Below are positions 41,652 through 51,756 of a DNA stretch of 64,000 nucleotides, in pieces; position 1 is the first letter of the stretch, and each line of letters starts with the position of its first letter. The position numbers were made by a program, and so were the translations under genes. The notes beneath the pieces were generated by a model. The model made no database searches and had not been told where the DNA came from. It saw only the letters and a list, made by a program, of their open reading frames with translations. Source of the DNA: a virus (lineage: Duplodnaviria; Caudoviricetes); IMG/VR virus record IMGVR_UViG_3300021426_000072, positions 32,001-96,000 of that record; one strand, given 5' to 3'.

Positions 41652-42816
41652 ATGGCGAAGATGTCTGACATAAGTGACATGATGTACGAACATGGTTTCC
41701 ACGATGGATACCAAAAAGCATTAAGAGAACTGAAGTTGGAACCACCGAAAGACCTTCTCGACATGAGCGATGAAGCAAAGGTAAAGACAATCATTCCGAA
41801 GCTCAAAGGATTGAAGAAGTACATCCAGGATGAAAAAGAACAAATGATCCTTACGGATGCCATGTTCCTTATCAAAATGTGGTTTGAACGGATTCCAAAG
41901 AAGGGTGCGTGGATTTTTACGGGTCAGAAGAACGCATACGGGGGAATCGTGATTGAGTGCCCATTCTGCGAGGACAAATATGCAGTAGCGACTCCGCTTT
42001 CCGAACACTTCTGTCGGAACTGCGGAGCGAAACTGATGGACTAAATAGGAGAATAACGCACCAATGAAATTGCCAATTGTATTTAATCCGATGCCTGTTG
42101 GTGAGGTTTTGAAATACCTTGAAGAGTTGATGAATCGCCGGGTATTGTCCGACGAATGGACGGACTTGATCGACAGAGCAAGCGAACTGCTGAAAGAGAA
42201 AACCGAGGATGCCGTAGAGAGAGCAACGGCAGGAGTACAACCAACGGCATATTGGGTAGAACCGGAAGGCACAGGGCATTGTTCAAACTGCGGATGCGAC
42301 AGGCCGAGTTTTATCAGCGGTTCTGAATGGGACACGGTAAGCACGAAATACTGTCCAAACTGCGGTGCGAAAATGGTACAGGACGGTGACGGGAAATGAC
42401 AATCAGGGAAGAAGGATATGTGGAAGGGTATCGTGATGGATATTCCAAACGGGATGAGGAAATCGTGAGGTGCAAGGATTGCAAAGCATGGAAACAGTAC
42501 GATGATTTGAATCTTGGTGGATGTGAATTGTTCCCAGAATATAACAAAATTGGTGATTGGTTCTGCAACTTTGGTGAACGGAAGGACGGTGACGGGGATG
42601 GCTGAAGTTGAGAACGTAATCAAGGCGTGGAATTGTTGCAACCCATTTAACCGGAAGTGCAAGGAATGTCCGTATGAAAAGGATTGCTATCATGACGGAA
42701 TATCAAGACACATGGTCGCAGATGCCATTGAACTGCTGAAATCCAAACAGGCAGAGATCGAACGGCTGATAGACATGAACGGAGAACTTATAAAGTTGAA
42801 CGGCATGGACATTTAG
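41652..42816 (+). CDS. Cluster of four small Cys-rich Zn-ribbon phage ORFs (41652-42044, 42064-42399, 42396-42605, ~42598-42816)
   Basis: CPFC/FCRNCGAKL, CSNCG/YCPNCGAKM, VRCKDCK..WFC and CKECPY motifs. Confidence 0.7.
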
Positions 42817-43450
42817 TTCGTTAAAGGAGCGAATGTGGAATGATTTATTCCGTTAATTTCAACAATAGAATGAATGCTTTTGCAGGTGGTAGAAAATCAC
42901 GCAGAAAAGCGAGATGGAAGAAGAAAATGATGCGTTATCTCAGCCGGAATTACATGTTTGTTTTCTTCAGCTAATTTATTAAAGGAGCGTTTTAGGATAA
43001 GGTTTTTGTATGACAAAAAAATCAAAAGATTTTATTCCGCTTTCATTTGAAAATGCGAAACGTCTTTTAATAAAAGATGAATATGCGTGGCTAAGAGTCA
43101 CTTATTTTTCTTTTGGAAATAGTTCAAAAATATATCATCTTCGTATCGATGAAGTTTGCAATGAAGGTATTAGGGTAGATGTAATAAAAGGAACTCATGC
43201 GTTACCTTACAACACTTATGGAGAATGCTGGCAAATATATAAGGAAAGTAGGTAAACTATGGAAGACGAGAAAAATAAGGAAGAACAGTTTGATATTCGA
43301 ATAGAGAAAGTAACATATGTTTTGCATGGTGAAAATAATTATGTGCCTGACCCATGTAAAACATGTGCAAACCACCCTGACAATGGAGGAAGTGGAATTT
43401 GTAACTGTATTCTTCCGATTATAAACCAAGTAACTTAACAAAGAAAGAAA

Positions 43451-43753
43451 TTGAATATGAATATCGTGGAAATTTCAACAGATAAACAATGTCCGTTTTG
43501 TGGTTGTAAAAAGAATTATCTTTCGTGCAAATCTTCGAAGTATTCAAAAACGGAAGGTTTTGAAAAGCATAAATGGTATGTAAGATGTTCTAATTGTAAA
43601 GCAACTGGTGGTAATGCGACCGGAATTGTTGCAGTAAAAAAGATTGGAGAACTTCCATCTTTTTGTACGACAGACAAAGTGTTGAAAAGAAAAGCTATAG
43701 ATAAGTGGACTGTTAAATTTAATAATAATAAGGAGCAGCAATATGAATTATGA
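43451..43753 (+). CDS. Lar-like (restriction alleviation family) Zn protein
   Basis: CPFCG...VRCSNCKA...AIDKW pattern. Confidence 0.6.
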   Translation: MNMNIVEISTDKQCPFCGCKKNYLSCKSSKYSKTEGFEKHKWYVRCSNCKATGGNATGIVAVKKIGELPSFCTTDKVLKRKAIDKWTVKFNNNKEQQYEL

Positions 43754-44498
43754 ACTTAACCTGCTTGTTCAAAAATTAAACTCTTGGTCTACCTCATCTA
43801 TTCTTGCAACGGGATGCAGAGTAACGCTTGCTAAAGCAGCGGATGTTATTAAAGAGCAGGATGAAAAAATAACTGAACTTGAACAAAAAAATATTCAGTT
43901 AATTAAAGAGTACAACGAGTTGGTACATAGAAAAGAAGGAGTTAGTGAAACGTTATTATGTCACCTCTTAGAAGAATAACGGGAGATTTGCATATGTCGG
44001 TGGACGAATGGCACAGAATGGAAAAGAAACGTTATTATGCAAAAAAAATAGAATCGATTATTATTTTTATAGGTCTTATTGCGATATTCGGATATCTTTT
44101 CTGCATTCTGTTTAAATAAAAAAACAGACAAAGGAAATATATATGAATTATTTAGACTTATTCTTTTCTCAAAAGCTTGCTATTTCTATGGAAGGTTCTA
44201 CTGCTGAAGAACGCAATAAAATAAATGTCCTATTGGCAGAATATCCTAATAAAGGGGATAAGTATTTTCCTACGGCGTTTTCGGAATTTAATGAGTATGC
44301 TTTTGGAAATGCGATTGTAGGATTTTTTAGTCATCCTTTTTTAACATACGTAACAAAAGAATCTACTACAGGTTTATGGTATAGACAATATCAAATAGTA
44401 ACAACGAAAGAGTTTTTGTCTTTTGAATTCGAAAACGTTAGTTTAAAAGAAATATCTGAAAGTGACATGTTTGAAATTTTTAAAGAAGGTGTTTAAAT

Positions 44499-44726
44499 TT
44501 GGAAAACATTACTCGGTGTCCTTATTGTAAGGGCGCTGTTGAAGTAATTAAACTTATCAGAAAACCAGGAGAAGAATTTCAACCGTATAGAATCCAATGT
44601 CTAAAGTGTAAAGCTTGTGTTGCTCGTGGGCAAAAGTTTCCCAATGAAACTAAAGAGCAGGGCGAACAAAGAATCAAAGAATATAATGCCGAAATGAAAA
44701 GAATCTTTTCTCAAAACAGGGCGTAA
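44499..44726 (+). CDS. Second Lar-like Zn-ribbon protein
   Basis: CPYCKG...IQCLKCKA...IKEYN. Confidence 0.45.
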   Translation: MENITRCPYCKGAVEVIKLIRKPGEEFQPYRIQCLKCKACVARGQKFPNETKEQGEQRIKEYNAEMKRIFSQNRA

Positions 44727-45152
44727 AAGAAACGCAAATAAAGGTTAGTTGACTCGCCCTTCGTATACTCAGGGGATGCCGTGAAAAACATTTCTCTTTC
44801 ACACTTTTATAAAATCCAACGCCCTTATAAAGAGAATGAGCTGTGGTATATTAAAAGTTGAATTAAAGGATTTGTTTTTCAGGTTAAAAATATGCAACTT
44901 TTTGTATAAAAAATATTTTATGAACAACTTCGAGCCGTTGAAATACAAAGGTTTGAGGAGATTTTTTTGGTTTTAAGAATAAATATGCATGAAATAAAAA
45001 TAATATGCAGATTTATTTAATAAATCAGTTTTTTAAAAAATGCAAAAATTGTATAAATTTAAGTAAAATATACTTACAAAAAACGATAAGTATATTTATT
45101 TATATATTTTATCATAACAAACAACAGAAATTCCAAACGAAGGAGAAAGAAA

Positions 45153-45590
45153 ATGAATAAGTGTATTGTTTGTGGAAATCTTGCAATTGATCCGGTTTTA
45201 AGTAAACTGGAATACGTCAACAAAGAAACTGGAGAGATTCTTAACACCAAGGTTTGCAATTTTACTATTGCGTGTGATGACGGCTTTGGGGAGTATAAGA
45301 ATACTCAGTTCTTCCGTGTTGCCGTATGGCGTAAGCTTGGAGAAGCGTGTGCCAAGTATCTGAAGAAGGGCCATCAGGTTCTTGTTTCTGGCCCTGTGTT
45401 TCTGAATAACTACGTGGATAAGAGTAACAATCTGCGTTCTGTTATGGAAATTCGAGCTGATGAAATTCAGTTCCTGAATAACAAGAAACCGGGTGTTGTG
45501 ACTCCAGACGAAAACAAAGAAGCAGAAGAGCCCGAGGCTGTAGAAGAAAATCCAAAGACAGAAGCTGTTCTGGATGACATGCCATATTAA
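45153..45590 (+). CDS. ssb: Single-stranded DNA-binding protein 2
   Basis: MNKCIVCGNL, FTIACD, FFRVAVWRKLGE, YLKKGHQVLVSG, C-terminal DDMPY. Confidence 0.9.
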   Translation: MNKCIVCGNLAIDPVLSKLEYVNKETGEILNTKVCNFTIACDDGFGEYKNTQFFRVAVWRKLGEACAKYLKKGHQVLVSGPVFLNNYVDKSNNLRSVMEIRADEIQFLNNKKPGVVTPDENKEAEEPEAVEENPKTEAVLDDMPY

Positions 45591-45660
45591 GAAATTATCT
45601 AATTACCGATATGGGAGCAGGTTGTGATGGGGCTTGCTCCCTCTTTTTTCGGAGGTTAAT

Positions 45661-46451
45661 ATGACTATAAGATATTATGTTGAAGATACAGATACGTACT
45701 TTGATTCACCTGAAGATGCTGTAGAAGCTTGTATCGATTCTTCTTGGCACGAAGATGATACATATGATTTCAAAGATTGGGTTAATGAAAAGTATACGGC
45801 GTATGAAGTGTTGAATGATGAAGTCAGTCTTTCCAGTTTGCTTGAAGAATATTGCGAAGAGAAAAACGACGAAGATAGAGATGAAGCTCTTTGGGATTTG
45901 GATGGAGCAGAAAATGGATACGTTGTAGAAGTTCATGGCTCTTCTATTAGAGTTGTAATTGAAGAAGAAACCATAGGTCAATCGATTGATATATGTCGTG
46001 AAATGATTGAACAACAGAAACAAAACGCCTTAAAAGAACAAGAAGAGCAAAAGAAAGATGATGATGTTTATCTCTGTGTTTTTCAGGAGGTAAAATAATG
46101 ATTGCTTCTTTAACGGTAAGAAACGTCCAAAGTGAGAAGACGTTTGATGAACTGTGCGCAAAACTAACCGAATACGATCTTGTTCGTTATGTTTTTGATG
46201 AAGGATCATACGATAGCAAAAGAAAGGAAGCCTATTTCTCTTCTTGGGAAGAAGAGAGTTGGCGATATTATCCAGCAGATATGCAAATTATTGCCGAAAG
46301 TTTTCCAAGTCTTGTTTTTGAATTGACTTGCCAAGCTGGTAATGATTACTGGCGTGTTTATTATCAGGATATATCTAATGAAGTCTGCTTCGGAGAAGTT
46401 ATATATCAAGCACCGGAAAAAATAAAGTGGGATGCTCTTGCCCCATTTTAA
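45661..46451 (+). CDS. Two hypothetical acidic proteins (45661-46098, 46098-46451)
   Basis: Coupled ORFs with GGAGG RBS. Confidence 0.6.
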
Positions 46452-46694
46452 TAAGAAAACATTATCATATATTACATGAGTTGAAACATGAAAGGATAAT
46501 GCGTTTCGATGTTTGATGCAGAATTAATAAAACAAAGAATTTTAAACTGTATGAATCCAGAGTATCCATGTGATAACTGTAGATATCGTAATAGTGGATG
46601 TGAGGAACATTTACTGTCTGATGCCGTATGCGTAATTTATGAATTACAAACAGAAATAAATCAGCTAAAAGCAAGTGAACCGAAATAACTAATA

Positions 46695-46811
46695 GTATGG
46701 GTGGCGGAATATGTAGACGCTTAAAACGTAAGGCTTGTCGCCGTTAACTAAAGTTCGACAGTTGCGTGACCGCAGTACTGCTATGTAAGGTGTAAATCCT
46801 TACCCCGTATT
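46695..46811 (+). ncRNA. Aberrant tRNA-like RNA
   Basis: Acceptor GTATGGG/CCCGTAT, D region TGGCGGAAT..GTAGACGC, T arm GTAAGG-TGTAAAT-CCTTAC; no normal anticodon arm. Confidence 0.5.
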
Positions 46812-46816
46812 AGTTA

Positions 46817-46857
46817 GGTACCAAAGTTTGAAGTCATTTAAAAAAATGCATAATGGG
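46817..46857 (+). promoter_or_regulatory. Conserved phage promoter-like motif, copy 2
   Basis: GGTACCAAAGTTTGAAGTCATTTAAAAAAATGCATAATGGG, ending 4 nt before tRNA-Leu. Confidence 0.6.
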
Positions 46858-46861
46858 ATAA

Positions 46862-46943
46862 GCGGATATGGTGAAATGGTAGACACTGAGGACTTAAAAT
46901 CCTTTGGCTTTATGCCGTGAGGGTTCGAATCCCTCTATCCGCA
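46862..46943 (+). tRNA. tRNA-Leu(TAA)
   Basis: GAGGA-CTTAAAA-TCCTT; variable arm; GGTTCGAATCCC. Confidence 0.92.
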
Positions 46944-46957
46944 CTTAGGAGGCTTGT

Positions 46958-47275
46958 ATGGAAAAGAAAACATATTTCTTTATAACTGTTTTACAACGAA
47001 TGAAAAAGGATAAACTTGGTTGGCCTGATACTGGAGCTACGCGGTGCTGGGGGTTTTATACAAATAAAGATACAGCAATCACAGCGCTTCATGAAAACTG
47101 GACGGATATGGAAGAAACGATTTACAAGTATGCCGTTCTGGAGGAGTACGAAGAAGGAATATCCAATTTTACCGGTTACGAACAATGGTTTAAATTTGAT
47201 GTTGAAAAAGACGGTTATTTTGAAATTGACAAACCTCCAGAGACAAATCACTTTGCTGGATGGGCTTTTGGGTAA
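46958..47275 (+). CDS. Hypothetical protein
   Basis: RCWGFY...AVLEEYEEGI phage protein; GGAGG RBS. Confidence 0.7.
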   Translation: MEKKTYFFITVLQRMKKDKLGWPDTGATRCWGFYTNKDTAITALHENWTDMEETIYKYAVLEEYEEGISNFTGYEQWFKFDVEKDGYFEIDKPPETNHFAGWAFG

Positions 47276-47327
47276 TCAAAAGAGAGAAGAAGCAGTTAAT
47301 TACGTCAAACAACAAGGAGGAATAAAA

Positions 47328-47510
47328 ATGAAACATCTATACAACAAGCCTATGGCGGAGAAACTGGTATTCGATTATAGCGAAAACGTAGTGGCATCCA
47401 CTAACAAACCTCATCATGGTGACATGGGAATTGGTCATGGAGGTGGCGGTGGTTGTGACCATAATCCCGGTCATGGAAGCCCTCATAAGCCTCATCCCGG
47501 AAAGCATTGA
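47328..47510 (+). CDS. RiPP-precursor-like peptide (60 aa)
   Basis: AAGGAGG RBS; leader YNKPMAEKLVFDYSENVVAS followed by a His/Gly/Pro-rich core. Confidence 0.55.
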   Translation: MKHLYNKPMAEKLVFDYSENVVASTNKPHHGDMGIGHGGGGGCDHNPGHGSPHKPHPGKH

Positions 47511-47711
47511 TGGAAAAAATAGAAGAAAACTACGTCCGTCGATACCTCATTGGTATTAGTTAGGACAAGATGGATGTTGGTTTTGCAAAAGTAAAAATAA
47601 TTGCAGTTCTTGTAAAGCAAACAGAATTGCTGCAAAACAAGATAAGAAATTATTTAAACACAGAGACAAACAAAAATTATCAAAAGAAAATAATAAACAA
47701 GGAGAAAGAAA

Positions 47712-48494
47712 ATGGCTAATAAGAAGATCAAGGTAGAAGTTGAAACCAAGGAAGGAACTACTGAAACGATGGAGCTCCCTGAACGGGCAACAGAACGAAT
47801 TGAAATCAAGAAAGTTCCTGTGGAAAAAGTGCGTATCAAGATCGTCGGAGATACTCCGCTTCTTGTTCACGCATGGTCTGAAAAGGTTAAGAAGCAGCTC
47901 CTCAATGATATGCAGATGACTAAACGTGAAAAGAAGGAAAAGGAACACGAAAAGAAAGACCCGTTTGCAGACTTTGTTGAGGCTGCTTACTGGATTACTC
48001 CCATGCCGCAGGTGCGTGGTCTTGAACCCGAGAAACAGATCGAACTGTTTGAAAAGGCAATTACCGATGGTGCTCAGTTTGGCTTTCCTACAATTGCCTT
48101 CAAGAAAGCTGCTATTACCGCTTGCTATAGCGCAGGATACATTAAGAGTACGGCTCTTATGCGTCGGCTATTCCATGTGAACGCAGTTAACGGCGCACAT
48201 ATTGGATCGTCTCAGGAGCTTGCTATTATTAAGACGGAAGAACCGCCGGAACTGTCTGAAGACGTTGTAAAGGTTGGCCCTTTTAACAATCGTGTACCTG
48301 ATCTTCGTTATCGTCCGTCTTTTCGTAAGTGGTCTGTTGAACTGGAACTCAGTCTGATTAAGACAGGAATGTTTACAATGGAAGACGTTGTCAATGCAAT
48401 TGATATGGGCGGTTTCATGAACGGCGTTGGCGAATGGCGCACTGAGAAAGACGGAGAATTTGGTAACTACCATGTTTATCGAGATGGGGAATAA
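47712..48494 (+). CDS. Stand-alone Cas7/RAMP-like protein
   Basis: First strand IKIVGDTPLLVH, FPTIAFKKA helix, RYRPSF..W, and C-terminal Gly-rich loop GGFMNGVGEWRTEKDGEFG typical of RAMPs. Confidence 0.7.
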   Translation: MANKKIKVEVETKEGTTETMELPERATERIEIKKVPVEKVRIKIVGDTPLLVHAWSEKVKKQLLNDMQMTKREKKEKEHEKKDPFADFVEAAYWITPMPQVRGLEPEKQIELFEKAITDGAQFGFPTIAFKKAAITACYSAGYIKSTALMRRLFHVNAVNGAHIGSSQELAIIKTEEPPELSEDVVKVGPFNNRVPDLRYRPSFRKWSVELELSLIKTGMFTMEDVVNAIDMGGFMNGVGEWRTEKDGEFGNYHVYRDGE

Positions 48495-48496
48495 TT

Positions 48497-48988
48497 ATGG
48501 CAGCATTTGAATACAAATATCGGATTAACGGTATTGTGAAAGCGCCTGCGGAAGTAACAGGCGAGGTGTGTCAGAATATTATTAGTGAAGAAGGAACTGT
48601 TACTCCAAAAAAGTTGGTTGATGTAAGTAGACCTGAAGACGCTCCTCTTCACGATGAATTTGAGTGGAATGACGATATCGCTGCTGAAAAGTATCGTGAA
48701 GAACAGGCAAGACAGATTATTAAGAACATTGTTATCATTGAAGTGTCAGATGATGTTGATGAACCTAAAGAAGTAAAATGCTGGGTTAACAGTGACCGAG
48801 CGTTTGTTCCGACAGACACGAGGCAGCATGAATATGTAACAATAGATACAGCATTAAACAATGCTGACTGGCGTAATAATTTGATTGAGTCGGCAAAAAG
48901 AGACATGCTTTCATTTGTCCATAAATATAAGAGACTCGGAGAGTTAAATAAAATTATCACCGATATGAGCGAATTCCTTGGTGCCTAA
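48497..48988 (+). CDS. Accessory protein of the RAMP/array locus
   Basis: TPKKLVDVSRPEDAPLHDEFEWNDDIAAEKYREEQARQII; starts 2 nt after the RAMP gene and directly precedes the array. Confidence 0.7.
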   Translation: MAAFEYKYRINGIVKAPAEVTGEVCQNIISEEGTVTPKKLVDVSRPEDAPLHDEFEWNDDIAAEKYREEQARQIIKNIVIIEVSDDVDEPKEVKCWVNSDRAFVPTDTRQHEYVTIDTALNNADWRNNLIESAKRDMLSFVHKYKRLGELNKIITDMSEFLGA

Positions 48989-49044
48989 AAGTTAGAAGAC
49001 GCTATAAGATCTTTCGGAGTAGGTGAAAGGCCTGAATATGGTTA

Positions 49045-49495
49045 GGCAGCCGGGGTTGGCATAGTTGCGTTGAGTAATGTCGAAGAGGGGCAAGGTATGG
49101 CAGTCTTGGTCAGTTGAGTACTGTTACGTTCAGTCAGGTCACGTTGGGGATAGGCAGTCGTGGAGTGTAACGTCACGATAAGTTGTGGATCGGAAAGCGT
49201 TGGCAGTCTTGGTGCTGTTTGTTACGTTAAGACTAGTTCTGGATTTGCTTGTTTAGTTGCGGCAGTCTAGGTACGCTATGATGCGTACTGTTAAGCAGAG
49301 AATAGGCAGTCAAGGTAGTGCCTGTTGAGTTCCGAATTGGATGGTTATGCTATGGCAGTCTAGGTGTGGACAGGAGGCGGTTTGTCTGCGTTGGTCCCGT
49401 TACGGCAGTCGAGGTTAGTTCCGTTATGCTACGACCAGTTGGTTTATGGCAGTCATGGCGAGCTGTTGCAAGTAGAGCTGTGTTCTGACTCAGAA
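49045..49495 (+). repeat. Nine-unit array with 5-nt periodicity (GGCAGYC-NN-[Gxx-NN]n), candidate guide RNA array
   Basis: GGCAGYCNNGG at 49045, 49099, 49153, 49202, 49261, 49305, 49354, 49404, 49448; spacings 54,54,49,59,44,49,50,44. Confidence 0.9.
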
Positions 49496-49522
49496 AAGAC
49501 TTTCAGGAAAGACTGAATGGCG

Positions 49523-49544
49523 GCTCGGAAAGACGAGCATTTTT
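49523..49544 (+). terminator. Hairpin closing the array
   Basis: GCTCG-GAAAGA-CGAGC followed by ATTTTT. Confidence 0.55.
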
Positions 49545-49562
49545 AATATGGAGTGATTGTAA

Positions 49563-49892
49563 ATGAAATATAGTAAAGTTTATAACGCAGATCGAACATT
49601 GAGAGAAGAAATAAATCATTTATTAACCCATGAACCTCGTAGTGAAAGTGAAATGTTCAACGAAAATGATCATCTTTCTATAAGTGTGCGTTATCTGGAT
49701 GGCAAGGTTGTGGTTATTGAAGTTTGTGGCTGTGTTGACTACAAAGAAAATGAGTCCAACATTCCTTGGACACAAGGAATACTATATTCCAAAGAAGGAT
49801 ATGAATTAACTGTAACTGAACCCAGAGATGAGTTTTTTGGAGAATGGAATTTTGTTTACGATGACAATATTTACATCCTGAATGTAATTTAA
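49563..49892 (+). CDS. Hypothetical protein
   Basis: 109-aa ORF with GGAG RBS. Confidence 0.6.
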   Translation: MKYSKVYNADRTLREEINHLLTHEPRSESEMFNENDHLSISVRYLDGKVVVIEVCGCVDYKENESNIPWTQGILYSKEGYELTVTEPRDEFFGEWNFVYDDNIYILNVI

Positions 49893-49951
49893 TCAATCAA
49901 ACCTGAAATATATCAGCATTGGCTGTTTGTAATAAGATAGCTATGACAGAT

Positions 49952-50025
49952 GGATCATTAGCTCAGCAGGTCAGAGCAGTCGGCTCATAACCGATCGGTC
50001 TATGGTTCGAATCCATAATGATCCA
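49952..50025 (+). tRNA. tRNA with CAT anticodon, probably Ile2
   Basis: GTCGG-CTCATAA-CCGAT; body resembles Firmicutes tRNA-Ile2. Confidence 0.85.
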
Positions 50026-50973
50026 CTAATTAGGAGGATAGCGACGAGGAATGAGTGAACCGCATATGTGTATAACTTGTCAGAATTATGAACCGTATCA
50101 TTGTACACTGGACGATTCATATATTGGATATCTGTACTGTGGCACTCCAACGAAATGCAGAGGATGGAGATTGCATGAAAACTATAAAAAGGGTGGCAAG
50201 TTCTATAACAATAGACGGAAAACAGTTCGTTAAAGAAATAAACGATAGATAGGAGATTAGTAAATAAGAATGTTCAATGATGATGAATATGCCAACAAGA
50301 AAATAGAAAATGCCCGTAAGTTGCATTATCTTGAAGGACGAATGAGCGTGGGACTTGAGAAACTGCAACCCGGTGACGGAGCTATTCTTGTGCATCAATG
50401 GGTGTTTGATCTGCTCTCAACGATAGTCAGCTATCTTCTTGAGTTGAGAAGGTGGCAGAAAATCCACGATAACAATTTTTAAGTTACTCAAAAAGTAATT
50501 GAAAAAATAGGAGGATTGCGAATGAGCATGGCGTTAGTGAATAGGATTTGTCCAAAGTGCAAGAATCCAAATTATATGGTTTTCCTTGGCGATTTTTCAG
50601 AAAGATATAAATACAAGTGCATGAATTGTAATAGGTACTTTAATGATGCTGACTTTGAAGAACAGTTTCAGCCTGTTTTAAGAAGTAAGAACTATGTGAT
50701 TGTAGATATGCCGATAGAACAGGCGAGAACGATCATCGGATTAGTCGAAGATACCGTAAACGATGGTGAGTTTGAAACGGTATGGATGGATGACCAGAAA
50801 GAGCATTTGAAAAACTTTTTGGCAAGATACAAGGATGTACGTTAATACGCTAAAGGAGCATATGGCGTATCAAATTGTCGATAACTGAATTGGTAAAATA
50901 TCCGTATGTTTGCTGGTACAACAAGTAATTGGCGGTTAAATTGATACGGTATAATTTAATATACCGTAAATTA

Positions 50974-51072
50974 CGGGCGTTTCGTAACGGAAACGAGGCT
51001 GCGAAAAGATAATGCGTAAATCCATTGTCGAAGTATGAGCTGCGGTGGTTGGTTCGATTCCTGCCCGCTCGA
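50974..51072 (+). ncRNA. Degenerate tRNA-like RNA
   Basis: CGGGCG/CGCTCG ends, D-like hairpin TCGT..ACGA, GGTTCGATTCC T loop; central region atypical. Confidence 0.4.
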
Positions 51073-51075
51073 TAT

Positions 51076-51148
51076 GCCGGTATAGCTCAATGGGCAGAGC
51101 AGTTGATTTGTAATCATCAGGTTTCCAGTTCGAGTCTGGATATCGGCT
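51076..51148 (+). tRNA. tRNA-Thr(TGT)
   Basis: TGA-TTTGTAA-TCA; canonical D and T arms. Confidence 0.88.
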
Positions 51149-51655
51149 CTAGGAATGCTGCTGACTTAATATCGATTAATGGTCAGGTGAAGAGTGCTAT
51201 CGAGAATAGTCTGGCGAAGCAAATTGTCAGATATTGAACCCCCTTCGCGCGTGAAACCAAGAATATTAAATGAGGGTCTTGAAAAAAACATCTTCAGCAT
51301 TCCTTTTACATGGAGAATTACAGGTTAAAATCCTGTGTTCTCCGAAATGAAGGTACATTCAGGGACGCCTGATATTGAAGTCCACCAAAGTCACAGATTG
51401 GCTCGTTCCTTGACCGGGCGAATAAGAAGGGCTCAGGTGCGCACGTAAACCATATATAGAAAATGAAATCTGAGTATATGATAAAAGGACTTCTACCTTC
51501 TAGAGACTGACCAAATAATCGGGATCTTATATATCACTCCTGCGGGTAGTAAATAAGGACGTGGCTACTGAATAAGTACACCTGAAAGAACAGGACAGGG
51601 GCGCAGGTCACGTATAAGATTTCTTAACAGCCCGCCCGGTGGCGCAGTCTCGTAT

Positions 51656-51727
51656 AGCCCCTTAGCGTATCTGGCAGCGCAACGGACTTTGACTCCGTAT
51701 GAGATGGTTCGAATCCATCAGGGGCTG
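51656..51727 (+). tRNA. tRNA-Gln(TTG)
   Basis: ACGGA-CTTTGAC-TCCGT; GGTTCGAATCC. Confidence 0.9.
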
Positions 51728-51756
51728 CTCTTATTAATTGAATGAGGTAAACAAAT

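Noticed and set aside
41721-42662. 313-aa minus-strand ORF
   Set aside because: Antisense to four well-formed plus-strand Zn-ribbon genes; no recognisable motifs.
49045-49495. Canonical CRISPR array
   Set aside because: The constant part is only 7-11 nt, the spacers have internal 5-nt periodicity, and no adaptation or processing cas genes are present.
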